A stretch of 64,000 nucleotides of DNA. It comes from Nitrospirota bacterium (GTDB lineage: Bacteria; Nitrospirota; Thermodesulfovibrionia; UBA6902). The notes under the pieces are model-generated. The model was not told the origin of the DNA. It worked only from the letters and a program-made list of their open reading frames with translations, and made no database searches. Made by a program: the position numbers and the translations under genes. Below are positions 40,601 through 48,545 of the stretch, one piece after another (position 1 is the first letter of the stretch; the number at the start of each line of letters is the position of its first letter). The DNA lies in NCBI GenBank assembly GCA_016222905.1, contig JACRPZ010000049.1, forward strand, positions 532 through 64,531. Direction: 5' to 3'.

Positions 40601-40786
40601 CTGACCGTCGTTTTGTATGAATGAAAGCGGAAGTTTCCCATAAGCCACTGCTATCTTTGCCTCACTGTTCTCTTTCCCGGTCATTGAGATAGCAGCATTC
40701 CCTGTAAAAAGAAGGCTGGAGAGCATCGCCGCAATAAAAAATACCGTCATGACAAACCTTCTCTTAACTTTAACCATATGCGCCAT
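34697..40786 (-). CDS. Giant exported multidomain surface protein: SBBP beta-propeller repeats, MopE-like metal-binding repeats, two DUF1566 (CLec-fold) domains, three beta-sandwich repeats, C-terminal DUF4214-like anchor
   Basis: Signal peptide; 7x STYLGG..AYVTG; DCND...PGATEICDG.DNNC; 2x WRLP..KEL..YWSST..VRCVR; 3x GWYIDDV; YYNSILNRAPE and LYETFLGR repeats. Confidence 0.85.
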   Translation of the reverse strand: MAHMVKVKRRFVMTVFFIAAMLSSLLFTGNAAISMTGKENSEAKIAVAYGKLPLSFIQNDGQTDKKVKFYERGSGHSTYFTEEGVYLQLVTGQGSEVRGHKKDKLSADKKRVKSELVKLIPRGANPSPKIIAEGPQEGKVNYFIGNDPEKWKTNIPTYREVVYKDLYKGIDIKFYGNNRQLEYDILIKPGADPSQVRLKYEGIKGLKVTEAGDLEITLKEGSITQKKPIIYQEIDGKKVEVKGQFIVHGSKFRIKGSQPVFGFEVASYNKKYPLIIDPVLSYSTYLGGGDYDSGFGIALDGSGNAYVTGQTLSTNFPTQDPFQGSNAGSSDAFVTKINAAGTARVYSTYLGGGDEDVGYGIALDGSGNAYVTGVTQSTNFPMQGPIQGTNAGNGDVFVTKINSFGSALVYSTYLGGSDGMDEGHGMAVDGSGNAYVTGVTQSTNFPMQGPIQGTNGGGGYDAFVTKINSSGTLPLVYSTYLGGSSGDYGYGIAVDGSGNAYVTGGTASTNFSTQGPIQGTNGGGASDAFVTKINSSGSLPLVYSTYLGGSGGDYGRAIALDGSGNAYVTGGTDSTNFPTQGPIQGTNAGNGDAFVTKINSSGTSPFVYSTYLGGGNDDAGRGIAVDSSGNAYVTGGTASTNFPTQDPFQGSNAGSSDAFVAKINAGGTARVYSTYLGGGNEDAGRGIAVDGSGNAYVTGGTDSTNFPTQDPFQGSNAGSSDVFVVKITEQAGSFDYYCDNDADTYIDSSSDGTCVGIGCEPPGCHTTPGDDCDDSDPLEHPNQTWYQDTDNDLYSSGDMTVQCLRPAGYKASTELTATSGDCNDGNAAINPGATEICDGVDNDCEGGIDEGLPTATYYRDADSDTYGDAGILINACSQPAGYVVDNTDCDDGNDQIHPGATEICDGIDNNCDGQIDEGCGGPTAFKLPDTGQTKCYRGIDPYDEIPCAGTGQDGAYNINPMSYTDNGDGTVTDNNTGLMWQQDENPTTYNWYQASGTYDATYNPLSQDVCGELTTGGYTDWRLPTKKELMSIVDYSIPSPVPTINTTYFPNANASYYWSSTTFASYPDYAWHVYFGNGYVLSYGKYNFYDVRCVRGGELDFGNFIDNHDGTISDTSTGLMWQQAEPGEMTWSDALNYCENLALPPGSGQTDWRLPNIKELESITDDTRYDPAIDTTFFQIGAIWNFYWSSTTHANYTNYAWGVLFYDGYVSYYSKYDSSYVRCVRGGVQSFDYYCDSDGDTYFDSSIDGTLPQVPAGCQTTPGTDCNDSDAAINPGMTEVPGDGIDNNCNGQIDEGCGGTTLSFPFYDDFESGLCNWIDDWGLTTSDARSVTHSATDSPGGDYLDNTDASLTLAHPIDLTGTVSPVVSFWYKGQTDCSPNGPDDPRVEVSQNGGLSWDVPRYYGCVNNPTWARELLDLSGYKTSEVLIRFRLLADGDGATGDGWYIDDVEIKEKDTVRLSYPFSDNFENGFGNWTVSGYDWDLTTSDARSTTHSATDSPNGDYLDNTNASLTLAHPIDLTGTVSPVVSFWYKGNTDCSPNGPDSPIVEASDNGGLSWDILKNYDCVNNPTWAGELLDLSGYKTSEVLIRFRLIADGDGATGDGWYIDDVTIKEKDPSTTPFPFFDNFEIGLSNWEVSGYDWDLTTSDARSTTHSATDSPNGDYLDNTNASLTLAHPIDLTGFVYPVVSFWYKGNTDCSPNGPDSPIVEASDDGGLSWDILKSYDCVNNPTWINDLLDLSSYKTPSVLIRFRLLADGDGATGDGWYIDDVEIKELNGPIANLVIYYYNSILNRAPEPGGVFYWTLEIERVVSLGIDIKEGFIALGKLFFNSGEYLSMNTTDNAYVIDLYETFLGRTPSQGEADYWAGELSGGLTRNLLLNYFIFSAEFKLYMDGIFGDTSVRPEYNLVNDLYRGFLSRLPDDVGFNSWLVQMQDAQCNGNAQAIRDLTSQTALGFLNSQEYADRNTSNSEYMEDLYNGIMRRGADLAGYLYWLGELNGGVYTRPTLLTEFVNSLEFQARVTEVINAGCSP
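35465..36890 (-). repeat. Three tandem near-identical intragenic repeats of about 480 bp
   Basis: TTSDARS.THSATDSP.GDYLDNT.ASLTLAHPIDLTG...GDGWYIDDV repeated three times with DNA-level identity. Confidence 0.85.
37106..37231 (-). repeat. DGR-type variable repeat VR2
   Basis: FYWSSTTHANYTNYAWGVLFYDGYVSYYSKYDSSYVRCVRGG; differs from VR1 mainly at positions 1-2 of NNC/NNT codons. Confidence 0.8.
37496..37621 (-). repeat. DGR-type variable repeat VR1
   Basis: YYWSSTTFASYPDYAWHVYFGNGYVLSYGKYNFYDVRCVRGG; gap-free 126-nt alignment with VR2. Confidence 0.8.
38590..39945 (-). repeat. Seven tandem SBBP beta-propeller repeats of about 190 bp
   Basis: Near-identical DNA blocks such as CACATAGGCATTGCCTGAGCCATCC and CCGCCAAGGTATGTGGAGTAG. 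Confidence 0.85.
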
Positions 40787-41041
40787 CCTCAGAAAACAAA
40801 GTAGGCATGGGGCCCTTTTTCAGACCCCATGCCTATATACAGTGATATATTATTTTTGGCAATGGAAAAGCTGTTTGACTGAGCAAAGTTGGACATCATC
40901 TGTTTATTCCGTGCTGAATTTTATTAAAAAATTTTGCAGCTACGAAAAAAAGGATTAAAGGGATAATATAGCCGTACTATGTATATTGTCAAGAAAAAAA
41001 GCTATCAGCAAAAATGCGGCCATAAACCCTCCGATGCTTCA

Positions 41042-41767
41042 TCATTCCTCATATATCCTTTTCATTTCAGCGGTATATTCCCCGTCTTCTTCATAAATAC
41101 AGAGAGGAGGCTCAACTGTAAGCCATGCGCCTGAGTTCTTTAACGCCTCTATAAGCACCATCTTCGCCTCTTCCCCTGCCTTTGAATGAACAAACTGTAT
41201 CCTCTTTGGCTCAAGATGCTTACTCTGTAGCAATGCAATCAACTCTATTAACCTGAATGGATGGTATATCATATAGAATTTTCCGGCATTCTTAAGCAGA
41301 TATGAGGCTGTATTAACGAGGTCAGGTAGTTTTATATTTATTTCATGCCTTGCGGCTGCGCGCTCGCTGTCATTGCTTATCAATCCTGTTCTCGTCTTTC
41401 TGAACGGAGGATTTGAAAATACGAAATCAAATTTGTTCGCTGGAAAAACCTTTTTTAAACTCAGGATATCGGCCTCTAATATCGCAATCCTGTCATCAAG
41501 ATTATTCAAACTGATATTTCTCCTTGCATTCTCTGCAAGGGACTTTTGAATCTCAACGCCGGTTATCTTTGTCTTTTTGATTCGTTTTGCAAGCAGGATT
41601 GATATTATTCCCGAACCTGTCCCAAGCTCAATGCCATTGGCAGATTGCCCTGCCTTTATGAAGTTCTCAAGCAGAACAGCATCCATACTGAAGCGATAGC
41701 CCCTCTTTGACTGAAAGAGTTTTACCCCTTTAATGGTGTCAAGGGTTTCATCAGGGTTTGGATTCAT
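41042..41767 (-). CDS. tRNA1(Val) adenine(37)-N6 methyltransferase family
   Basis: GYRFSMDAVLL, ELGTGSG, SNPPF and ARHE. Confidence 0.88.
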   Translation of the reverse strand: MNPNPDETLDTIKGVKLFQSKRGYRFSMDAVLLENFIKAGQSANGIELGTGSGIISILLAKRIKKTKITGVEIQKSLAENARRNISLNNLDDRIAILEADILSLKKVFPANKFDFVFSNPPFRKTRTGLISNDSERAAARHEINIKLPDLVNTASYLLKNAGKFYMIYHPFRLIELIALLQSKHLEPKRIQFVHSKAGEEAKMVLIEALKNSGAWLTVEPPLCIYEEDGEYTAEMKRIYEE

Positions 41768-41772
41768 TTTAT

Positions 41773-43701
41773 TTACTTTACGCCCTTCAACTCAAAAATC
41801 TTCACCTCTTTTTCCTTGCCTTTCACCTTCGCGCATTCACGCCCTCTGAACTCTAAATGTCCAAACAAGCCCTTCGCTATCATAGGCTCGACATATTTAA
41901 AAGTATTTTCTGTAATAAGAATCCTCGTACCGTATTGCCTTGTCAATTTCTCAACCCTCGCAGCAAGATTCACGTGATCACCTATTGCCGTATAATCCAT
42001 CTTTTTCCCTGGCGCTCCGATATTACCTATTATCACCTCGCCTGTATTGATTCCTATACCCACATCCAGAATTTCGGATCCCTTGCCCTTCCAGATATTT
42101 TGAAGCTTGTCCAGCTTTGCCGACATATCGAGGGCACATCTCAGTGCGAGCTCTGCGTGGTCGGGTTGATCTACTGGAGCGCCCCATATTGCCATGATCT
42201 CGTCGCCGACAAACTTGTCGAGGGTGCCATCCCATCTAAATATAATATCCGCCATCTCCTTGAGATACTCGTTGAGAAGAGTAACGACCTCCTCCGGCTG
42301 TCTCCTTTCTGATAGCGAAGTGAAGCCGATGACATCAGAGAAAAGTATGGTCACGACCCTGCGCTCTCCTCCAAGCCCCGCCTTGTCGGGATTTTCGATG
42401 AGTTCCTTCACGATCTTCGGAGATACATAGCTTGAAAACATCTGTCGTATCTCCTTCGACTTTTTTTCCTCGTGGAAAAACTTTGTGACAGTGATGATCG
42501 TAAAAATGCCGAACATGTTCGTGACGGGATAGAGGAGATTTGCCCAAAGGTTCTGGTAGATGAGGAGATAGCAGCAGGCGGCAATGTAGAGCAGTATGAA
42601 ACCCGCGGCAATGAATGCGCTGGCAACAGCCTTCAACTTAGGAAGGGTCAGTCCCAGAAAAATCCCGGTAAGGATTATCACCGCGAGTTCCATGACCCCT
42701 GGGCTTTTCCCTATGAAATTATTCAGAAGGACATTCTCCACAACATTGGCGTTTTTTTCGACGCCTGGCATATTGGCTGAAAAAGGCGTCACCTTCTGAT
42801 CATAGGTGGCAAGGGCCGAAGTTCCAACGAGGACTATTTTCCCCTTAAGCGTTTCGGCAGCGCCCCTGCCCCTGATAATGTCGGAAGCGGATATATAGGG
42901 GAAACTGTGCTCCTTCCCCTGGTAATTGATTCCCCCACGTCCCCAGAGATCGGTCCTAATGAATCCGGTGCCGAGACCTATGCCGACACCGCCGTAGAGG
43001 ATCATATCTTTCACTGGGATGCCGAGAGCGATACGGGCGATCTGAAGAGCGAGCTGCGGGTAACAGTCTTCACCGTAAGAAAGAGAAAGTATCTCCCATC
43101 GCTGGGATCCATCCATATCAGGCATGGTATAGACATGGCCGAGAGTTGCAACAGTAGAGAATTCGGGCAAGGAAGCCTTAACCTTTTCCGCCCTCACTGC
43201 AAAGTCCTTCCATTTAATTCCTTTTTGGCTTCTTACCTCCATGAAGGCCGAATCCCAGAGAAAATCAGGAACATCTTTAGGAAGTGCGAGAACCTTTCTC
43301 CCCTGGGGAACATCAAAAGCTGTGGCCAGCACTACGTTCCCCGCCTTTCTTATTGCTTCTGCGAGCTTGTTATCGGTCTCCGGACTTTCCCTTTCCGTGA
43401 ACAAAATATCGATCCCGATGACCTTTGGTGTTGCAGCGGAGATCTTATTGATCAGATCTGCCATAACATCCCTTCCCCATGGCCATCTGCCTATATCCTC
43501 TATGCTTTTGTCGTCGATAGCGACGATTACGATGTCTTTGGCCGGAGGGGTCTGTCTCACAAAATTTTTCAAACGGAGTCTCAGATCGTACGTCTTGCTC
43601 TCAAGTTGTTCACGGATTATGACGGGATCAAAGAGCTGCAGAACAACGAATAACAGTGTCAACAGCGAGGGAATCAGATACATAAGGAGGTTTTTTTTCA
43701 T
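41773..43701 (-). CDS. CHASE2-domain adenylate/guanylate cyclase
   Basis: IVAIDD..IGRWPWGR CHASE2, three TM helices, FSDVIGFT, DKFVGD and YTAIGDHVNLAARVE. Confidence 0.93.
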   Translation of the reverse strand: MKKNLLMYLIPSLLTLLFVVLQLFDPVIIREQLESKTYDLRLRLKNFVRQTPPAKDIVIVAIDDKSIEDIGRWPWGRDVMADLINKISAATPKVIGIDILFTERESPETDNKLAEAIRKAGNVVLATAFDVPQGRKVLALPKDVPDFLWDSAFMEVRSQKGIKWKDFAVRAEKVKASLPEFSTVATLGHVYTMPDMDGSQRWEILSLSYGEDCYPQLALQIARIALGIPVKDMILYGGVGIGLGTGFIRTDLWGRGGINYQGKEHSFPYISASDIIRGRGAAETLKGKIVLVGTSALATYDQKVTPFSANMPGVEKNANVVENVLLNNFIGKSPGVMELAVIILTGIFLGLTLPKLKAVASAFIAAGFILLYIAACCYLLIYQNLWANLLYPVTNMFGIFTIITVTKFFHEEKKSKEIRQMFSSYVSPKIVKELIENPDKAGLGGERRVVTILFSDVIGFTSLSERRQPEEVVTLLNEYLKEMADIIFRWDGTLDKFVGDEIMAIWGAPVDQPDHAELALRCALDMSAKLDKLQNIWKGKGSEILDVGIGINTGEVIIGNIGAPGKKMDYTAIGDHVNLAARVEKLTRQYGTRILITENTFKYVEPMIAKGLFGHLEFRGRECAKVKGKEKEVKIFELKGVK

Positions 43702-43804
43702 TGATAAAATTATACAGGTTTAAGGCAAAATGGACAACAAGAAGTCCCTCCCCTTGCTTACGGGAGGGGACAAAAGGGAGGGGTGGAGCCAGTCTCTAAA
43801 TTTG

Positions 43805-45106
43805 TTAATTTGCCCATAAATAGAATACATCTGACGGGTGGTCACCCCAGATAGAAGACTGACTAAAGGTCGTATATCCCGCTGCCGTGATTGTAATGGT
43901 ATATGGGGTGCAACAATAATTTGCAAGGGTATTTGTCTGAAGGAAAAAGTAACCATCCGCATCGGTTGTTGCTGTTTGAGAGTCCAGGGACGTGGAAACT
44001 ACGGCTCCCTGTATAGCGTTAAGAGTGTATTGTTCATATACATGCCCTTCGATTGTTACATAATCCAGGGTTGTTGCTGACTTCTCAACTGTGTTGTTGT
44101 CGATATTGCCTGCCTCATCCTTTGCCCTTACTATGAAGTAATAAGTCGTTCCCTGATTTAACCCAGTCACTGTGCCGTATGTAGTCCCAGTTCTCGTATA
44201 GCTCGGTATCGCAAGGTTCTGCCCGCCTGAGCTTGTTGCCATGTAAATGAGATATGTGATATCTGACACTGATGTACGATCATCAGATGCAGGATTCCAT
44301 GACAGGCTTATTGCTGTTTCTGATGACGCAATAGCTTCTACTATCCCTCCAAATCCCGGTGGTGTTACATCAGGCGACATTAATGTCTTGGCAGATTTCT
44401 CCTCATTGTTAGCATCTGAATTTCCCATCTCATCCATCGCCCTCACCACAATGTAATATGCCGTATCCGGATTAAGACCTGTTATGTTATACGATGCGGC
44501 TCCTATGGCTGTAACAAAATTAGGGTTCGTAAAGTTCTGACCACCAGGCTTCATAGATATATAAATAAGATACTGTATTCTCCCAGAAGGCGTTACGTTG
44601 TCTGTTGCTGGTGACCATGAAAGCACCATCGATGTTGTTGTCACTGAATCTATCACTGTCAGACCTGAAAATACAGGCGCTATATCCTCTACTGATATCA
44701 TGGCTATAGTCAGGTCTGCTGATGCACCTGTCAGGTCTGCATACGTGCTTCCCTGAAATAATATGTTTCCATCTGAATCCAGCGCCTCTACTAAAAAAAG
44801 TCTGTTCGAACCCGTCGGGACTTCAAATGTCTCTGATATGCTTGTACTTCCGGAAACTGTAAGTACCCTTACCATGGTTGCCATATCAGGCGCCGATATG
44901 GTGAATTTGATGCTCGCTATTGCCGCAGGTATAGATGATGTGCGATTAAGTAAACCATTTGAGACTGTCTTTGTCTCACCAAGGTTTATTGTCACTTTTG
45001 TCTTGCCAGTTGTGCCTGTTGATGTACTGCCCCCGCCTCCACCTCCGCAACCCAGGAAGTTGGCTGTTAGTAATACGGAAAACAGTATCGTCAATAGCTT
45101 TTTCAT
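43805..45106 (-). CDS. Lipoprotein with two fibronectin type III domains and a C-terminal carboxypeptidase-regulatory-like domain
   Basis: Lipobox LGC followed by a GGGGGGS linker; LSWSPATD..GLNP.T.YY..VRA.D..GN twice. Confidence 0.8.
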   Translation of the reverse strand: MKKLLTILFSVLLTANFLGCGGGGGGSTSTGTTGKTKVTINLGETKTVSNGLLNRTSSIPAAIASIKFTISAPDMATMVRVLTVSGSTSISETFEVPTGSNRLFLVEALDSDGNILFQGSTYADLTGASADLTIAMISVEDIAPVFSGLTVIDSVTTTSMVLSWSPATDNVTPSGRIQYLIYISMKPGGQNFTNPNFVTAIGAASYNITGLNPDTAYYIVVRAMDEMGNSDANNEEKSAKTLMSPDVTPPGFGGIVEAIASSETAISLSWNPASDDRTSVSDITYLIYMATSSGGQNLAIPSYTRTGTTYGTVTGLNQGTTYYFIVRAKDEAGNIDNNTVEKSATTLDYVTIEGHVYEQYTLNAIQGAVVSTSLDSQTATTDADGYFFLQTNTLANYCCTPYTITITAAGYTTFSQSSIWGDHPSDVFYLWAN

Positions 45107-45118
45107 GCACGCCCCTTT

Positions 45119-45916
45119 TTATTGTGGAAATGTAAGGTTAATGTTTACAGGTACCGTCTTCAATGGCTGCTGAACTACAGGAGGTGTAAAGATTTGCACC
45201 CCCTCAATACCTATCTCTGCCCTGCCCGGCATCTCTGGCCCGTCTGGTCTCTCAACCCCGCCTGGATCGGGAATCCTGATTTCATACATGCTTATGTCTG
45301 TATCCCCCATCAGGCCTTCAATCTCTTCTTTAGTTGCTGGTTCTACTGAGGGAAAAGGTAGTCCCAAAATAATGGTTATCTTTTGCCCTGCTTTGAGTTC
45401 TGTACTTCCCGGATTGGCCAGGTCAGTGCCTGTTATGAATCCGATGCCTTCACCGCATATGATTGTCACAGTGATTTTACCATTCACAATATACACCCGG
45501 AAGAGCAGCAGAGTTCCCCTCGCTGCTGCCACTGCTGTTGGTGTGTGAACCTCGAAATTAGTCTTACCGACAATTGCTCTCATCTTGCCGTCAATGAGGT
45601 TGAATATCGATTTCCCGCCTTTTTCCTTGCTGTACATGAATTCTTTTATAACTACCTTTGATTTCTCCCCCAAGGTCAGGACGCTGTCATCCATGAAGAG
45701 CAGTTTAGCCCTGGAAGTCTCTGCTGTTGATACGGTATCTTTCAACAGTATGCTGTCTTTTACCTTTGCCCCCGTCTCTTTTTTGTCCCTTTCTATGAAC
45801 GCCTTACCGCGAACCGCTACCACTGTGCCGACATTATCCTTTGCCAGGCCAATATCTGACAGTCCGGAAATGAGCAGAAGGGTCAAAGTTATTACTATCC
45901 ATCTATATATTTTCAT
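45119..45916 (-). CDS. Exported FecR-domain protein
   Basis: VGTVVAVRG, DDSVLTLGEKS and FEVHTPTAVAAARGT. Confidence 0.85.
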   Translation of the reverse strand: MKIYRWIVITLTLLLISGLSDIGLAKDNVGTVVAVRGKAFIERDKKETGAKVKDSILLKDTVSTAETSRAKLLFMDDSVLTLGEKSKVVIKEFMYSKEKGGKSIFNLIDGKMRAIVGKTNFEVHTPTAVAAARGTLLLFRVYIVNGKITVTIICGEGIGFITGTDLANPGSTELKAGQKITIILGLPFPSVEPATKEEIEGLMGDTDISMYEIRIPDPGGVERPDGPEMPGRAEIGIEGVQIFTPPVVQQPLKTVPVNINLTFPQ

Positions 45917-47212
45917 CTAAAACCTCGCATTCAGAAAAAGACTTGTTATTGAACGGTTATAATCATATTCAAAAATGTTCGATTTATTTCTGGTGTATGA
46001 CTGGCCTACTGTTATGCTTAATCTGTCTGTAAGTGCTTTTGTAGCAGTCCCTGAGTATGTATGGACAATATCCTTTCGCTTCGAATTCGAGACAGGATTT
46101 ACCCCCTCATACTCTTTATTGTAATATTCTCCATAAAGATCGAGAAAAACACTATGAGGCATTTTAACTCTTATGCCCATAAATGCCTTGTCCCCCTTGT
46201 AATCCCAGAAATCTTCCCGTGTTGAATCCTCATCATGGGAATAGCCAACCTTCGCAGAAATAAAATGACTTACAGGTATATTCTGAGTTATCCCTATCAG
46301 GTTGTTTGAACCTGTCCTGTCTGAGTTATTGACAAAACGGTCAGAGTCCTTGAAATGTATATCCCTGTATCTGTATTCGATTATTGTAGAGAAGCCTTTA
46401 GCTTCCGAGATGACAAGTGATGGCGTTACAGAATGTGCGTAATCATAATTATCGCCTCCTAAATTTACGTATTCAAAGGAATATGTCCCGCTGAGATTCA
46501 ATGAAGGCGAGATATTGTATGCTGCCTTTAGTTCCAATAGGTGTTGAGTAACATTGAAATCAGAGAGTTTGCCATGAAGGCTCTGATAAAGGCTGTATCC
46601 GATTGAGCCTTCCAAATTTTCCTTTGTGACAATGTTGTACCTGCCTTTCAGGTAAAGTACGGCTCTCCAGTCCGATTCCCCTGATATCCCCTGTGGGAGA
46701 GGACTGTCAGACCCATTGAGGACTACATTGCTGTCATATTGAGTTCCCAGAGAGATATTTAACATCCAGGGCTTAGCGGTTCCTCCTGTCGCAGCGATAC
46801 TGAGGTATTCTTTTGCCGCTTCTGATAGATCAGTGTCCGGTGCAGCGGCAATCGTTCTATTGAAATAATCCTCTGCGAGATTATATTCGCCTTTGTTGAA
46901 ATAGTAAATGCCCAGTTCAAGAGATGCGCGGGAATCTCCGGGTTTCATGGCGAGTGCTTTTTTCAATGTCGTCTCAGCCTCTCTGTCTCCGGCGCTGCTC
47001 CGGGCTATACCGAGATAGAGGGTTGCCGTGAAGTCCCCGGGAACGTCCTTCAGCGCGGATTCGAATTCAGCTATGGCAACTAAGTAATTTTTTGCTTCCA
47101 TGTGCAGGACGCCTTTTGCAATATGCTGTTCATAGGTAGCTTCGGTGGCGTATGATAGAGACGACAGGAGCACAAAAAAAACAGTAATTATTACGGCAGT
47201 ATAGTTTCTGAT
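45917..47212 (-). CDS. TPR plus outer-membrane beta-barrel protein (Slam/DUF560-like)
   Basis: N-terminal TPRs, QYDSNV barrel start, SNIFEYDYNR and terminal Phe; signal peptide extends in frame to ATC 47212 behind AAGGAGG. Confidence 0.78.
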   Translation of the reverse strand: MRNYTAVIITVFFVLLSSLSYATEATYEQHIAKGVLHMEAKNYLVAIAEFESALKDVPGDFTATLYLGIARSSAGDREAETTLKKALAMKPGDSRASLELGIYYFNKGEYNLAEDYFNRTIAAAPDTDLSEAAKEYLSIAATGGTAKPWMLNISLGTQYDSNVVLNGSDSPLPQGISGESDWRAVLYLKGRYNIVTKENLEGSIGYSLYQSLHGKLSDFNVTQHLLELKAAYNISPSLNLSGTYSFEYVNLGGDNYDYAHSVTPSLVISEAKGFSTIIEYRYRDIHFKDSDRFVNNSDRTGSNNLIGITQNIPVSHFISAKVGYSHDEDSTREDFWDYKGDKAFMGIRVKMPHSVFLDLYGEYYNKEYEGVNPVSNSKRKDIVHTYSGTATKALTDRLSITVGQSYTRNKSNIFEYDYNRSITSLFLNARF

Positions 47213-47278
47213 GACATCCTCCTTTTGAATGTAATTATTAGGAAAATTATATTGTTTGTCAAGGGAAAATTTTCTTTA

Positions 47279-47382
47279 TGTAATCCCAACATGATAATGT
47301 CCTTTCTTGCCACCTTGCCTCCTCATCCAAAAAGAGGCAGTTTAGCATTTCTAATTTAGGACATTATCATGTTGGGATTACA
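47279..47382. mobile_element. MITE-like element with perfect 25-bp terminal inverted repeats
   Basis: TGTAATCCCAACATGATAATGTCCT (47279-47303) and its exact reverse complement (47358-47382). Confidence 0.65.
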
Positions 47383-47456
47383 GGTCGCAGATTGCGGGCA
47401 GAGTTTATGAATTCTTGCGGGATGCCAGGAAACCTGTTGTACGCAGCTTTTGTGAG

Positions 47457-47493
47457 AAAAAAATTGGAGACGGGAAGATTCCCGTCTCCAATT
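47457..47493 (-). terminator. Rho-independent terminator of the 47517-48545 gene
   Basis: AATTGGAGACGGGAA-GA-TTCCCGTCTCCAATT hairpin with a T-run on the minus strand. Confidence 0.85.
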
Positions 47494-47516
47494 CTGATTC
47501 TAAGAAAAAACGATTT

Positions 47517-48545
47517 TTACCAGTCTACACGATTCTGGCTTGTCCATGCTGTGTTCAGAGCACCGGTAAGCGCGTTTGTGCTCTCTATCTTGGAAACAAG
47601 GATACCCTTGTCCACATCGCCAGGTCCAGGAGTTACCATCTGGATGGTTGCCCAGCCGCCGAGAACTGTAAAAGGAAGTCCGGCAGGGTCAACAAAGTCG
47701 GAGATGACAAGTTCATCAAAGCAATCTACAACAGGGGTTGAGTCGGTTGACTTCGGGTTCTCATTGATGTCATACCACGTCCCTGAGATACCATTGCTGT
47801 TAGCAAACGCAATCTCTACGGAAAGCGTATCAGCGGCTGCCGGATTGCCAATGTTGTCAAATGCCGTATCTGTTGTCAAAACATTAACCCACCATGATGT
47901 AGCAACAGCGGCTGTCGGATGCCAGATGGCTGTCGGCGGAACGTCCGAACCCAATATGAAGAAAGGCGAAGCTCCGTAGCCCATGTCATCAATATTTCCC
48001 TCGTCTGTTCCAACAGGATCATTCGGTGCCTTAACTGACAGTACAAGGCCTGTTGAGAGGTTTGCAACCACAGTCTCTGTCTTAAGCGTGTTTTCAGGAA
48101 GCTCTATATCAAAACCATTATCATAATCAAAGCCGCAATCGCCTGAATTGGCAGCGCTGAAATTATAGAGTGTGAAGAAACCCTGATAGCCCGCGCCGAT
48201 ATTGAAGGAATCTGATGTTGTGTCAAGAGCGCCTGGAATCGGATTTCCGCCGTTAACCGTATTGCTGATGTCTACAGTGAACATGTCGTTCGGGGTTGTG
48301 GGAACTGCAGCATCAACATGAAAACACTCTTTTGCTGCTGTTGACGGGTCATCATAACGGTACATCCAGTGAATGCAAGGATCAGCGGCAGTAGACTTAT
48401 TTACTACCGTGACCAGGGTGATGAAGTCCCCGCTTGTTTGAAAGACATTACCAAGAGTGACATCTGCACTTGCATCTTGTACGCCTGCCAGTGCAAATAC
48501 CAAAGTTAATACCATAAAAACTACCAAAGCTAAGTACTTTTTCAC
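47517..48545 (-). CDS. Exported acidic beta-rich hypothetical protein
   Basis: Signal peptide ending ASA, D/T/N/G-rich, four Cys; RBS AAGGGGG before GTG 48545; own terminator. Confidence 0.75.
   Translation of the reverse strand: MKKYLALVVFMVLTLVFALAGVQDASADVTLGNVFQTSGDFITLVTVVNKSTAADPCIHWMYRYDDPSTAAKECFHVDAAVPTTPNDMFTVDISNTVNGGNPIPGALDTTSDSFNIGAGYQGFFTLYNFSAANSGDCGFDYDNGFDIELPENTLKTETVVANLSTGLVLSVKAPNDPVGTDEGNIDDMGYGASPFFILGSDVPPTAIWHPTAAVATSWWVNVLTTDTAFDNIGNPAAADTLSVEIAFANSNGISGTWYDINENPKSTDSTPVVDCFDELVISDFVDPAGLPFTVLGGWATIQMVTPGPGDVDKGILVSKIESTNALTGALNTAWTSQNRVDW

Noticed and set aside
34450-41040. DGR template repeat, reverse transcriptase or avd near the variable repeats
   Set aside because: I found no AAC-rich third copy and no RT motifs in any ORF of the window; a complete DGR cannot be claimed here.
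42907-43653. Long antisense or overlapping ORFs (also 5137-5658, 18000-18542, 47392-47979, 61185-61841)
   Set aside because: They shadow well-supported genes on the opposite strand and show no recognisable motifs.
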